Positions 1 to 9,800 of a DNA stretch of 15,107 bases are shown piece after piece. Position numbers and translations under genes: made by a program. The notes under the pieces were generated by a model that searched no databases, was not told the origin of the DNA, and was given only the letters and a program-made list of their open reading frames with translations. Position 1 is the first letter of the stretch, and every line of letters begins with the position of its first letter. The stretch comes from Tubiluchus corallicola (Eukaryota > Animalia > Priapulida): assembly GCA_030141605.1 (NCBI GenBank), contig JAQGDQ010002097.1, positions 1-15,107 on the forward strand, read 5' to 3'.

Positions 1-20
1 TCTCTCTCTCTTTCGCTCTT

Positions 21-84
<64 letters not shown>

Positions 85-279
85 TCTTTCTCTCTCTGTC
101 TCTGCTTCTCTCTCTCTTTCGCTCTTGCTCTCTCTGTCTCTCTCCCTCTTTCTTTCTCTGTCTCTGCTTCTCTCTCTCTCTTTCGCTCTTGCTCTCTCTC
201 TCTCTCTCTCACTCTTTCTCTCTCTCACTATCTCTCTTTCTCTTTCTCTCTCTGTCTCTGCATCTCTCGCTCTCTTTTC
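1..279. repeat. Degenerate (CT)n/(GA)n microsatellite, running off the window start
   Basis: Near-continuous TC dinucleotides with occasional TG/TT/CG interruptions; explains the Leu/Ser ORFs 19..282 and 125..316. Confidence 0.97.
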
Positions 280-528
280 TAACTTTCTGTCTTTTTCTTT
301 GTTAAAGAGGAAATGAAAAAGTTTCCAAGTGAAAGGTCACACAACCATGTAACTCTTGTTTTTATAAATTGTTTGTTGCCATTTATTATTATATGAGTTT
401 GCTTCAAGGGTTTTCTTTTCTCCTTCCTTTTTTATTTTCTTTCTGCCTTGTTCTGTTTTCTTTTTTAGCTTTTTGCTGTTCAGACTAAATTCTCTCCTTT
501 AAAAACAACAGATTTTAGCAGCACTCAC

Positions 529-612
529 CAGATGGCGTAGGTCAGAACAATGGCTCTTGTGAACAGGAAGCATCTCTTTAGTGGCCTACTCTCTTTTGTG
601 TCTGCCTGTCGT
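529..612 (-). other. Candidate 84-nt exon of an unidentified minus-strand gene
   Basis: Minus strand reads polyC-TAG| 84 nt |GTGAGT. One frame is open throughout (RQADTKESRPLKRCFLFTRAIVLTYAI). Locally higher GC than the flanks. No confident homology. Confidence 0.3.
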
Positions 613-2199
613 CTAGGGGGGGGGGGATATCATTACTCAACATCTTTTCATGCTGACCCTATTGTGCAAATTATGTGCCTGTGTATTTTCATTTAAAATC
701 TGTTTACCTGAAAGGTTTTAGCCAAATTACAAATCTTAATGGTTGCTCATTTTCATAAAAAATTGAACAGAGAGTTTTTTATTTTTACTCAAAAATCAGG
801 CGAGCTTACACAAAATTTTACTTATTTTGACAGTCACATTTTCGAGCACCACGCTCTGATAAAGGGCTCTTGCCACTCAACATGATATAACATTGTGTTT
901 TGTGCAAAATACAGCATAAAAGTATTGCTCTGGCATTTATCAAAAATTGAATAATCAGTATTTAGACATCTAGCGTGTCATGATAAACATTTAGTTATAT
1001 ATATGTCATGAATTTTTTGTTACTTTGTAGTATCATGCATCAAGATTTGAACTAGATTAGTGTTGTACAAAAACCATAAACACAGGTTCAGTGTTGCTTA
1101 ACTTTGGTTGTTAAGCTGCTGAATGTGAAAATGGTGTCTGTTAAATGTGCAACATGATATAGGTAATGAGTAGATTTAGTCTTACTGATTTAAAGACAAG
1201 AGCTAGAACAGTTTCTGTAAAAAAGGGAATGTTAGATTAAGTTTAATTAATGCACATCGTTTTGGTTTAGTAGGAAAACTAAAATCAGAAAATGGTGTTT
1301 TATTTATTACTTATCTAAACTTACTTTCATTCTCTCCTTCAGACTACTTGATTTATTACATTTGAATTTGTTAATCTTTTACATGTCATCACTACAACTG
1401 ACTGGCATTTCCTGAATTTCCCAGCTGACTCGGCCTCAAGAGCAAGGACGTGTTAAAAATTTGGATGCAAACTTCACAATTAATCAAAGTACACAGCCTT
1501 TTGTAACGAAGTTGTAGACCTACAGGCCTTGATTTAGGCATCGAGTTTATTTCCTGCTAGCCCACCGACCAATACGGTTGAGTGTTGAAAAAGTAATGAT
1601 GCTTGTTTTGCCGCACTTCATAATCTTTACTGTTACGGTTATAAACTATTAGCAACTGTTTTACCCTTATTTCTATAAATAGTATCATTGCTGGGAACAG
1701 TTATGGCCTCAGTTATGCTATTATCTTCATCAGTGTTACCCCCGCCTCTTTAGCTGTGGCAGATTTTCACTAACACTTATTACAGTTGGCAACTATGACT
1801 AACAGTTAATTATTACCAAATCCAATGTTGTAATTGACCAAGTACAAGTACTATAGTATAAGCTTTCTGTAATTGAATTAATTGTGCATTTTCTGTGTTT
1901 TGTGTATGTCTTGTGGCATTGGTTTTATTATTTTTACTAAATATTATGTGTCTTGTGCTCTTTTCTTTTTTTCGTCAGATTTATGTGCTTTTAATAGATT
2001 AGTGTGCCACGTTTTAATGTGTTTTATATCTTTTAGGAATGTTGATGGTGTTTTACTTGTAAAATGCATTAAAAGTATTCAATAAATTATTACTAATTAT
2101 TATAACTCATTGGAAGCTTATAGAATGTTCGTTGTGTAGTTCAAGCAATAATCCACTAAATATTGATCACGTTTGGGGCTCAGTTTACGTTGACTGCGA

Positions 2200-2377
2200 T
2201 TTTGGTCTTCGAATTGGAGGCTGAATTTGCGCGAGGCAAGGCGAATGGGAAAAATGAAAGCAGTGAAAATCGTATCGAGAAATGGGAAAAATCAATCGAC
2301 ATTCCAGCAATTTTGGTTTTTTTGGATGTGCATACTTCTACGCACGTGAAGGTTAACAGCGGAAGTTTCAGGTACGT
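2200..2377 (+). promoter_or_regulatory. Candidate promoter / non-coding first exon of EXT2
   Basis: Local CpG enrichment, E-box CACGTG 2343-2348, ETS motif CGGAAGT 2360-2366 and donor-like CAG|GTACGT at 2371/2372. A matching acceptor TTTCTATTTTTAG ends at 3493, 42 nt before the EXT2 ATG. Other GTGAGT donors lie near 2430 and 2641. Confidence 0.35.
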
Positions 2378-3535
2378 TGATAATTGTGAAATTACGTATC
2401 AATATTGTTAGGCGTTCACTCAATACTGGGTGAGTCATTGCCTTACCTCGGATGACATAGACATAGAACATTTATTTTCTCCAATTTGTTTGACATAAAA
2501 AGTTTTTTACATATTAATGGCTGTGGATTCAGCACCATCATCCCTGAATTGAGTGAATTTCTATTACTACATCCTTATTTACATTATTGAGCTATCTATA
2601 GAAGCATGCATAATTATAACCATTTTTACGTTTAAGTAAGGTGAGTGTGTTAATGTCCGTTTGGTCGTACATTCGCCTCACACTACTCATTTTATTTTAA
2701 ATTTATTGTTGTGTTTCATATTGTACTTCTTGATGTATGAAATAAAAACTCATAGTTTGTAAAGTATTGAAGTATTTAGGATGTTTGTGGCACAGAAAAA
2801 AATGGAGTCTACCAATTGTTTGGCAAGTGTTCATTGTAGCATCTAGTTGTTTGCTAACTTTTATTAAACAAATAATGTTGAAAAGACACTTATTTAGTGG
2901 GAGCCAAAGTCTAATAAGGAATAATGACCCCATCGAAGTAGTAAAAAAAGCCATAAAATTTATTGTGAACTGCAGCCGTCCTCAACAAATTGAAATACAA
3001 AAACATGATGACATAATGGATCTACTGTAGAAGTTGAAATTGTAAGCCAGAAAAATGTACAGTAGTTTGGATACTAGTAAGAAATATTAATAGAAAACCC
3101 GTCACGAGAGAAAACCCAGCAGCTGTCTTGGTGCAATGTACATGGCTCTTTTCGACATGCAGACAATAACAGCAGTAATACACAATAAAATTAGACATAT
3201 TACTGTATGTCTATCCACTTAAAAGAAATAAAGTTTATATATGTTATGGCAGCAAAAATTTGTGTTTTCATAAACTGTAACACACACGTGACAAAAAGTC
3301 TTTTCTTACAAAAAGAGGAATCGGAGAAGCAATTATTACAGAAGCAGAGAAGGCATACCTCTTATACAGTGAGAGATCACCAGAAAAAATTAAAAATAAT
3401 TTAAAAGAAAAAGAAATAATATAAAAGAAAAAGAAAAGATATTAAATATAATGTTTACACTGATAAACTGTAAGAAATGTTTTCTATTTTTAGGTGTGGC
3501 AGAGGTAAGATAATTTCGCGGTCACCATGTTGTGA

Positions 3536-5692
3536 ATGGATGAGAGTTTTGCGTGGATGCTGTCAGCTGCCAAGATGTACAACACCAACCGGATCCGGTA
3601 CACGCGGTCAAGCGTGAGTGGAATGTGGTTCCGGTCGTACTTCTTACTCCTTTTGGTCATTGCGCTGCTGGTGGCCATCATTGTATGCTGTTGGCCATCC
3701 TCGTCCCGACGTTCGTACAGCAAGCGTGACGACTTCTTGAAGCAGAGCCTGGCACATCCACAAGAGGTGGTTTTATCGCAGGAGTCGCCACTGCCAAGCA
3801 AGAGGAATCCGAGTTGCAATTATTACAGCTGCTTCGATGTGTATAAATGCGATTACAACGACGACAACAAAATATTAGTGTACGTTTATCCGTATTCAAG
3901 GTACGTTGACTCGAGCGGTGGGCAGGTGTTGGATCCCGTGTCTCGCGAATTCAACGAAATTCTGGAAGCCGTTGTGGACAGCGAGTATTTCACGTCAGAC
4001 CCGGCAAAAGCTTGCCTTTTTGTGCCGAGCATTGACGTGCTAAATCAAAATAACTTACCGTTACGGGAAGTGGCACTCGCACTTCGCAAGCTACCCTATT
4101 GGAACAGCGGCTTGAATCACGTATTGTTCAACATGTATCCAGGTGGCGCTCCGGAGTTTAATGCCGTGTTAGAGGTGCACACGGACAAAGCGATAATTGC
4201 TGGCGCGGGGTTTTCGACGTGGACGTACAGACGCGGATTCGATATAAGCCTACCTTTGTATAATCCGCTGGTTCGTGATGCGCGTGTGTTGCAGAAACCG
4301 ATGGCCCGTTCACGTACTTACCTGCTGATTTCATCTCAGATGAATATACATCCAGAGTATAGGGAACAGCTGCATTTCTTGGCTGAAGAACATGCCGACA
4401 TGCTGGTACTCGAACAGTGCGATGCCGGTCACGTTAACTATTCGGTTAGATGCAGTGGGGCCCAGTCGTTTGACTATCCACAGATCTTACAGGCCGCCTC
4501 CTTCTGTGTGGTGCTTCGGGGCGCTCGTCTGGCGCAGTTGGCATTGTTTGACGCAATGATGACCGATTGCATACCGGTCATCATCGCGGACTCGTACGTG
4601 CTTCCGTTCTCGGAAGTGCTGGATTGGAAAGACGCGGCGGTGGTGATTTACGAGTCGGAGATTGGGACGCTCATGGAGGTGTTGCACGACATTTCAGAAA
4701 AGCGGATCTTAGAGATGCGACGGAAAGTTCGGTTTTTCTACGAATCGTATTTCTCCACAATGAAGAACATAGCATTGACTTCACTGAGGATCATGAATGA
4801 CCGGGTTTTTCCCTATGCCGCAGCACCCTGGGAAGTCTGGAACACTCCTCCTCCCGTTTTTACTCCGCCATTATTCCTTCCGATCATTGCACCCAGGTCG
4901 ATGGGATTTACGGCAGTGGTGCTGACGTACGACAGAGTGCAAAGTCTTTTTGAGGTCATCACTCGCATTGCTCAAGCTCCGAGTTTGGCCAAAGTTTTAG
5001 TCGTGTGGAATAACCAGGAGAAGGAACCTCCTCAAACTTCGATGTGGCCCAGAATTGGCAAGCCCTTAAAAGTCGTACAAACTCAAGCGAATAAACTCAG
5101 CAACCGATTCTATCCCTACGACGAGATCGAGACGGAAGCCATATTAGCCATAGACGATGACATCATCATGCTCACGGCCGACGAGCTGGAGTTCGGTTAC
5201 GACGTGTGGAGAGAGTTTCCCGATCGCCTAGTCGGGTATCCGTCTCGCTTGCACCTGCACGATAACGTTACGCATCAGTGGAAGTACGAGTCCGAGTGGA
5301 GTAGCGAAATATCCATGGTTCTGACAGGTGCTGCCTTCTATCACAAGTACTACAGCTTCCTCTACACCACGTCTATGCCCGGCAACATCAAGAAGTGGGT
5401 GGACGACCACATGAACTGCGAAGACATCGCCATGAACTTCCTCATCGCAAACGTTACCGGGAAGTCTCCCATTAAGGTCACTCCCCGGAAGAAGTTCAAG
5501 TGCCCCGAATGTACGAATCTCGTGTCCGCAGACATGGCTCACATGGTGGAGCGCACGGAGTGCATAAACAGGTTTAGCGCCATATATGGGCAAAACGTGT
5601 TAAAGACAGTGGAATTCCGGGCCGATCCTGTTTTGTACAAGGATCACATTCCGGAGTCTTTGATGAAGTACGTTGACATTGGAAGCTTATAG
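3536..5692 (+). CDS. EXT2: Exostosin-2, heparan sulfate co-polymerase subunit (type II membrane glycosyltransferase, GT47 + GT64), uninterrupted CDS
   Basis: 718-aa ORF with an N-terminal signal anchor (YFLLLLVIALLVAIIVCCW) and an exostosin domain (SCFDVYKC, ACLFVPSIDVLNQN, CIPVIIADSYVLPFSEVLDW). The GT64 domain has GFTAVVLTYDR, NKLSNRFYPYDEIETEAILAIDDDIIML (DxD), NCEDIAMNFL and the EXT2-type IKVTPRKKFKCPEC and VEFRADPVLYKD. The true start could be a slightly later Met. Confidence 0.97.
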   Translation: MDESFAWMLSAAKMYNTNRIRYTRSSVSGMWFRSYFLLLLVIALLVAIIVCCWPSSSRRSYSKRDDFLKQSLAHPQEVVLSQESPLPSKRNPSCNYYSCFDVYKCDYNDDNKILVYVYPYSRYVDSSGGQVLDPVSREFNEILEAVVDSEYFTSDPAKACLFVPSIDVLNQNNLPLREVALALRKLPYWNSGLNHVLFNMYPGGAPEFNAVLEVHTDKAIIAGAGFSTWTYRRGFDISLPLYNPLVRDARVLQKPMARSRTYLLISSQMNIHPEYREQLHFLAEEHADMLVLEQCDAGHVNYSVRCSGAQSFDYPQILQAASFCVVLRGARLAQLALFDAMMTDCIPVIIADSYVLPFSEVLDWKDAAVVIYESEIGTLMEVLHDISEKRILEMRRKVRFFYESYFSTMKNIALTSLRIMNDRVFPYAAAPWEVWNTPPPVFTPPLFLPIIAPRSMGFTAVVLTYDRVQSLFEVITRIAQAPSLAKVLVVWNNQEKEPPQTSMWPRIGKPLKVVQTQANKLSNRFYPYDEIETEAILAIDDDIIMLTADELEFGYDVWREFPDRLVGYPSRLHLHDNVTHQWKYESEWSSEISMVLTGAAFYHKYYSFLYTTSMPGNIKKWVDDHMNCEDIAMNFLIANVTGKSPIKVTPRKKFKCPECTNLVSADMAHMVERTECINRFSAIYGQNVLKTVEFRADPVLYKDHIPESLMKYVDIGSL

Positions 5693-5937
5693 TGGTCCTT
5701 ACTACGGTAAGATAGCAATCGTGCTTGTACTGACCAGGCTGGTTGCCATCATGTGAAAGTTTCCTTTATTTTCACTGCTGGTCCAGATGGGTTATAGATT
5801 TTACTTTCCGAATTTAATTTATATAATTTACAAATATTTAATCTTGAAAAAAGCGTCAATGCATTTAAGGCAAATTGCTCGATCTAGTCTCAATTTTTTG
5901 TAGTCATCGTTGTCATGTAAATATGAATGTGAGACTG

Positions 5938-6403
5938 TCTTAAGTATCGTGAAGACTTTTAGCTGTCCACTGTTTATACCATTGTGGTACAAAGTCTTGA
6001 TCTTAGAAATCTTAAGTATCGTGAAGAGTTAAAGCTGTCCACTGTTTATAGCATTGCGGTACAAAGTCTTCATCTTAGAAATCTTAAGTATCGAGAAGAC
6101 TTAAAGCTGTCTACTGTAAGTATCGTAAAGACTTAAAGCTGTCCACAGTTTATAGCATTGTGGTACAAAATCTTGATCTTAGAAATCTTAAGTATCGTGA
6201 AGACTTAAAGCTGTCCACAGTTTATAGCATTGTGGTACAAAATCTTGATCTTAGAAATCTTAAGTATCGTGAAGACTTAAAGCTGTCCACTGTTTATAGC
6301 ATTGCGGTACAAAGTCTTGATCTTAGAAATCTTAAGTATCGTGAAGACTTAAAGCTGTCCACTGTTTATAGCATTGCGGTACAAAGTCTTGATCTTAGAA
6401 ATC
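5938..6403. repeat. 72-bp tandem repeat, ~6.5 copies, downstream of the EXT2 stop
   Basis: Unit TCTTAAGTATCGTGAAGACTTAAAGCTGTCCACTGTTTATAGCATTGCGGTACAAAGTCTTGATCTTAGAAA starts at 5938, 6010, 6082 (truncated), ~6117, 6186, 6258, 6330. Confidence 0.97.
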
Positions 6404-7469
6404 GTGTTTTTTTCATCATCGTTGGAAATGATAAAATCATTTTTGTACTTTAGAGGAAAGGACAAGTCAGTTAGAATGTTGGGTTTAGTTTATTGTTATC
6501 ACTTGAAACATAACAAAGAAGTTTTAGAGTAAAAAAGAAATTGTCCGTAAAGCTTAAAGTTAAATCATGCTACCATTGTAAAGAAATTTCCAGGTATGGC
6601 CGCCATTTTTGCAAAGTAGTTGGTAACTTTTCATAAGCGCTTGCTGCTTAAACTAGTTCACTCGTCTGTAGCTTACCTAATGTTCACGGAAAAATATCAC
6701 AAAAATAACTATATTTTTTGTAAAAAAAAACTCGTCTGAAAATTTTGACGTAGTTGGTGGACTTTGTGACTTTAGCAGCTTACCTAACATTTGTGCAAAA
6801 ATATCACAAAATCTGATTTTTTTTAAAAAAGCTTATAGTACTTTTTACGTAAATTGACAGTGCTTTTCTTCACCCAATGAAAGACGTCGTTTCTGGAACA
6901 ATGTTCAAAATGGCGGAGCGCACAAGCGTGAAATGAATGTGACTTTAAAGTGATTTCACTAATTATGCGAGGCACTTATCTTGCTTCATACTAAATCCTT
7001 CTAAAGTTTTTCTCCAACATTGAAATGAGCTGAACTTCACAGAAAACTTGGCCTTTCGTTTAAGCTTTCGGTTGATTGAGGGACTGAACAGCATTAGTAG
7101 TCTGTTTGATACATTAGTTACAATAGAATTCATTAGATTGTCATATTTTAGTTTTGGTAGCGAGTTCAACTCCAGTTGAATGCTTGTATTGTTTATATTT
7201 ACATTTAAGAGCTTACTTTTTCAAGGGGTAATTAATCTTAAGTCTGTGTTGTACTACATCTTTCTGCAGCATGTTTTGCCTTAAATATAAATCACTTATC
7301 TTTGCAGGTCTAGTAAGTTACCGAAACTTTATAAACTTATTAAAATTCAAATGCATTTTAAAGTGAAATTAATATCATGTTGAGTTTGATTTTGCTGTGA
7401 TCATGTGCATGTGTTTGCAAACTTGTGTATTTTCTACAAGTAAACAAGTTTAAACAATCCTTCTTAATT

Positions 7470-7496
7470 ATTGATTGATTGATTGATTGATTGATT
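7470..7496. repeat. (ATTG)n microsatellite, ~6.7 copies
   Basis: Direct reading. Confidence 0.9.
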
Positions 7497-7603
7497 TATC
7501 GTTACATGGAGTTAATTACTAATTACAATTGCAAGTTTACATGATACAATTATTGTTTAATTACATCATTGTTACGTATTTAAGAAGTTCCATGGATGCC
7601 AAT

Positions 7604-7969
7604 TAGGGGTGAGTTTCGAAACTTTGAATTCGATTCCTACGTGTTTTTAGTTCAGATTTGTTTCTAACCTAAAATCATAGATTCGAATAATTCAGCCACA
7701 TACGTTCTTTATCATTAAAATGTTTGGAACATCAAGCAATTAGCGCAGTTTAGCTGCAGTTTCTGCGCACAATTTTTGCCAAACTAATAGCGGTTTCACT
7801 GCAGAACAAAATCAAGCAATATGCATCATCTTTTTAAAATCATTTTTTACTAGCGGTTCGAAAACTTGTTCGAAAATCTTTCAAACTCAATTCGAATTTG
7901 ATACGAATTTGAAAGTCACAAATTCGATTCGATTCGAATTCGCTTTCTAGTTGAAAATGCTCACCCCTA
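7604..7969. mobile_element. Non-autonomous hAT-like DNA transposon (MITE), 366 bp
   Basis: Terminal inverted repeats TAGGGGTGAG (7604-7613) and CTCACCCCTA (7960-7969). Flanking 8-mers ATGCCAAT / GTGTCAAT match 6/8, a decayed 8-bp TSD. Many subterminal TTCGAA/ATTCG motifs; no ORF. Confidence 0.8.
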
Positions 7970-8245
7970 GTGTCAATGAACTTTTTTACATGTCATTTTT
8001 TTATCTGTCGAACAGCTAGCATGTAATAGATTTAAATGCCAAATTGTATCGATGAGAAGTTCCGTAATATGTTTTTTGCTGAATCGTGGAGAAATTACTT
8101 CAAAGTTATTATGTCATATTGATTACTATTGTAATAATGATTTCACTGTTATGTTATAGACAGGATTTGGTGCCATGTATGTATGATAAACAAGATGCTA
8201 TTTAAGACATTGTATATAACTTTAGTGATTACGTATTGTAAGTAC

Positions 8246-8251
8246 AATAAA
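8246..8251 (+). terminator. Candidate EXT2 polyadenylation signal
   Basis: First AATAAA I found downstream of the EXT2 stop, followed by T/GT-rich tracts at ~8274-8310; would imply a ~2.6-kb 3' UTR. Confidence 0.35.
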
Positions 8252-8322
8252 TACCTGCAAAAACAGCAGTGAGTTTTTTTTAATGTACATTGTGTTGTTT
8301 TTTGTTTTTGCTGTCTGATATA

Positions 8323-8400
8323 CAGTGTTCCCTCACTTATTGCGGGTGTTCCGTTCCAGGCCCGCCTGCGATAAGTGAATTTCCGTGAAGTAGAGACACT
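8323..8400. mobile_element. Terminal fragment of a Tc1/mariner pogo/Tigger-like element
   Basis: TA|CAGTGTTCCCTCACTTATTGCGGG start with an internal imperfect hairpin (8334-8346 vs 8365-8377), resembling Tigger-type ends. Opposite terminus not found and extent unknown. Confidence 0.5.
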
Positions 8401-8809
8401 ACACTTACTTAATACTTACACGTTTGGGTGGCATCGTTCAGGGCTTGAATAAATTCAATCTCTAACGAAAATTTCACAAATAGCGTACAAGAAACAAATT
8501 GCACGGCACATGAGCCTATCAGCGACTGGGATACAGAGCGGCATTCTCTGGTTGGTCGCTTTCCATCAATCAACCAATCGTGTGTTGTGTACAATCTCAC
8601 GTCGGCAAGTAACATCTCAACCGGGCGCAAGTACAACATTTCGTTTTTGGTGTGTATTCATCCGCCGAATAAATGCACTATTTACTGTAAATGGTAATTC
8701 TTTGTGACTTATAATATTCTTTGAAAACAGCTCGTTGTAGTGGAAAACCCGCTTAATGCCAATTTTTTTCTGTCTCAAAGAAGGTACAAGGAGGTTTAAC
8801 TGATCTTTG

Positions 8810-8903
8810 ATAAACCCACGTGCTCAACTTTCGTATACTCGGTCAGGAATTGAACCCACGACTTCCCACGTGAGAAGTAAGCACGCTACCATTGAGCAAT
8901 GCC
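8810..8903 (-). mobile_element. tRNA-derived SINE head / degenerate tRNA-like sequence
   Basis: Minus strand: TTGCTCAATGG (A-box-like), anticodon-arm-like CTTAC-TTCTCAC-GTGGG, then GGTTCAATTCC (B box; plus-strand GGAATTGAAC 8846-8855). No intact acceptor stem seen. Confidence 0.6.
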
Positions 8904-9664
8904 AACTGGTAAACTTACTGAATCTTGCTCCTTGACAAGTGTAATTCCAATAGCGGCTTGTGTACAGGTACTGTGGAACTGCAGCACCCTCTGTTTTCAC
9001 TCATTAATATCGATAATATTCAATATAATAAGTCTTTTTTCTTTAGTTCTTTTTTATACTTGTGAGGAACCGGATCACGTGAGGGTAGTACAGTTTGCCT
9101 CACAGCACAAGCAACATATTGTTTGGCTATTGTGCTCATGCGGGAATGCGCACATGTCTGAGACGACACATTAGACGCTAGCATTTGCTGCTAGGTAGAA
9201 AAGTACTGCCTCGAACACAGTAACAATTGCCACGTGCTTGCTGCGTAGCGTTGTCATATTCTTGGATGTGATAAAGTATAAACTTAAAACATAAATTATT
9301 TAACAATGGATGCCTTGGATCTCCAATAAATACGTTCTGTGACTGTAAATGTACTACAACAGCTGAATTTTTCACAGTTGTCTCCTCATGAGAAAGTTGC
9401 AGTTAAGAAAAGAGGCCGTTCAACACCTGATCTTCAAATATAACTACAACATTAAACTTGCATATGTTTGTTATGTTTTACACAGTATTAAGACAATGAC
9501 TAGAAATTTCTGAAGCAGCACCACCCCCCCCACCCCCAGTAATTTTAGCTACGAGCCGCTACTGTATAATTTTTTATGAAGATACCACAGGTGAGTCGGC
9601 ATTTTCACTTCAAGGTAAAATGCTGAACAGTGTAGGTCTAATGGTATTACTGTTGTTATTTTAG

Positions 9665-9800
9665 GATGGCATAGAAAGGAAGGATCCTAGGGGAAGAACC
9701 CCGCTGCATTTAGCCGTCACGTTGGGACACTTGGACTGCACTCGTGTGCTGCTTAAACACGGAGCAAATACGTGCGTGGAGAATAAGCAGAATTGGACTG
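9665..9800 (+). CDS. ANKRD13: ANKRD13-family (A/B/D-like) internal exon A: ankyrin repeat
   Basis: TTTTAG| 136 nt |GTAATG; [45 protein letters not shown]. Ends in phase 1 and joins the next exon in frame. Confidence 0.92.

Noticed and set aside
19-316. Leu/Ser-rich ORFs
   Set aside because: Translation of the (CT)n microsatellite.
1882-3404. Short ORFs of 65-87 aa
   Set aside because: AT-rich, mostly non-ATG starts, no recognisable motifs.
3490-5593. Antisense and alternate-frame ORFs overlapping EXT2
   Set aside because: Expected shadows of a GC-richer CDS; no independent evidence.
6160-6453. 97-aa ORF with a 24-aa period (superficially LRR-like)
   Set aside because: Arises from the 72-bp repeat, has no ATG start, and the frame is broken by the truncated unit upstream.
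8838-8903. Functional tRNA gene
   Set aside because: A/B boxes are recognisable but the stems are degenerate and no acceptor stem pairs; more consistent with a SINE head.
9154-9193. Faint resemblance to the ANKRD13 N-terminus (M...H-x-x-L-H-L-L)
   Set aside because: Needs a stop read-through, a frameshift and loss of the conserved Trp; likely chance.
9515-9564. C-rich tract ending GCTACGAGCCGCTACTG, like a small DNA-element terminus
   Set aside because: No partner terminus or TSD found in the window.
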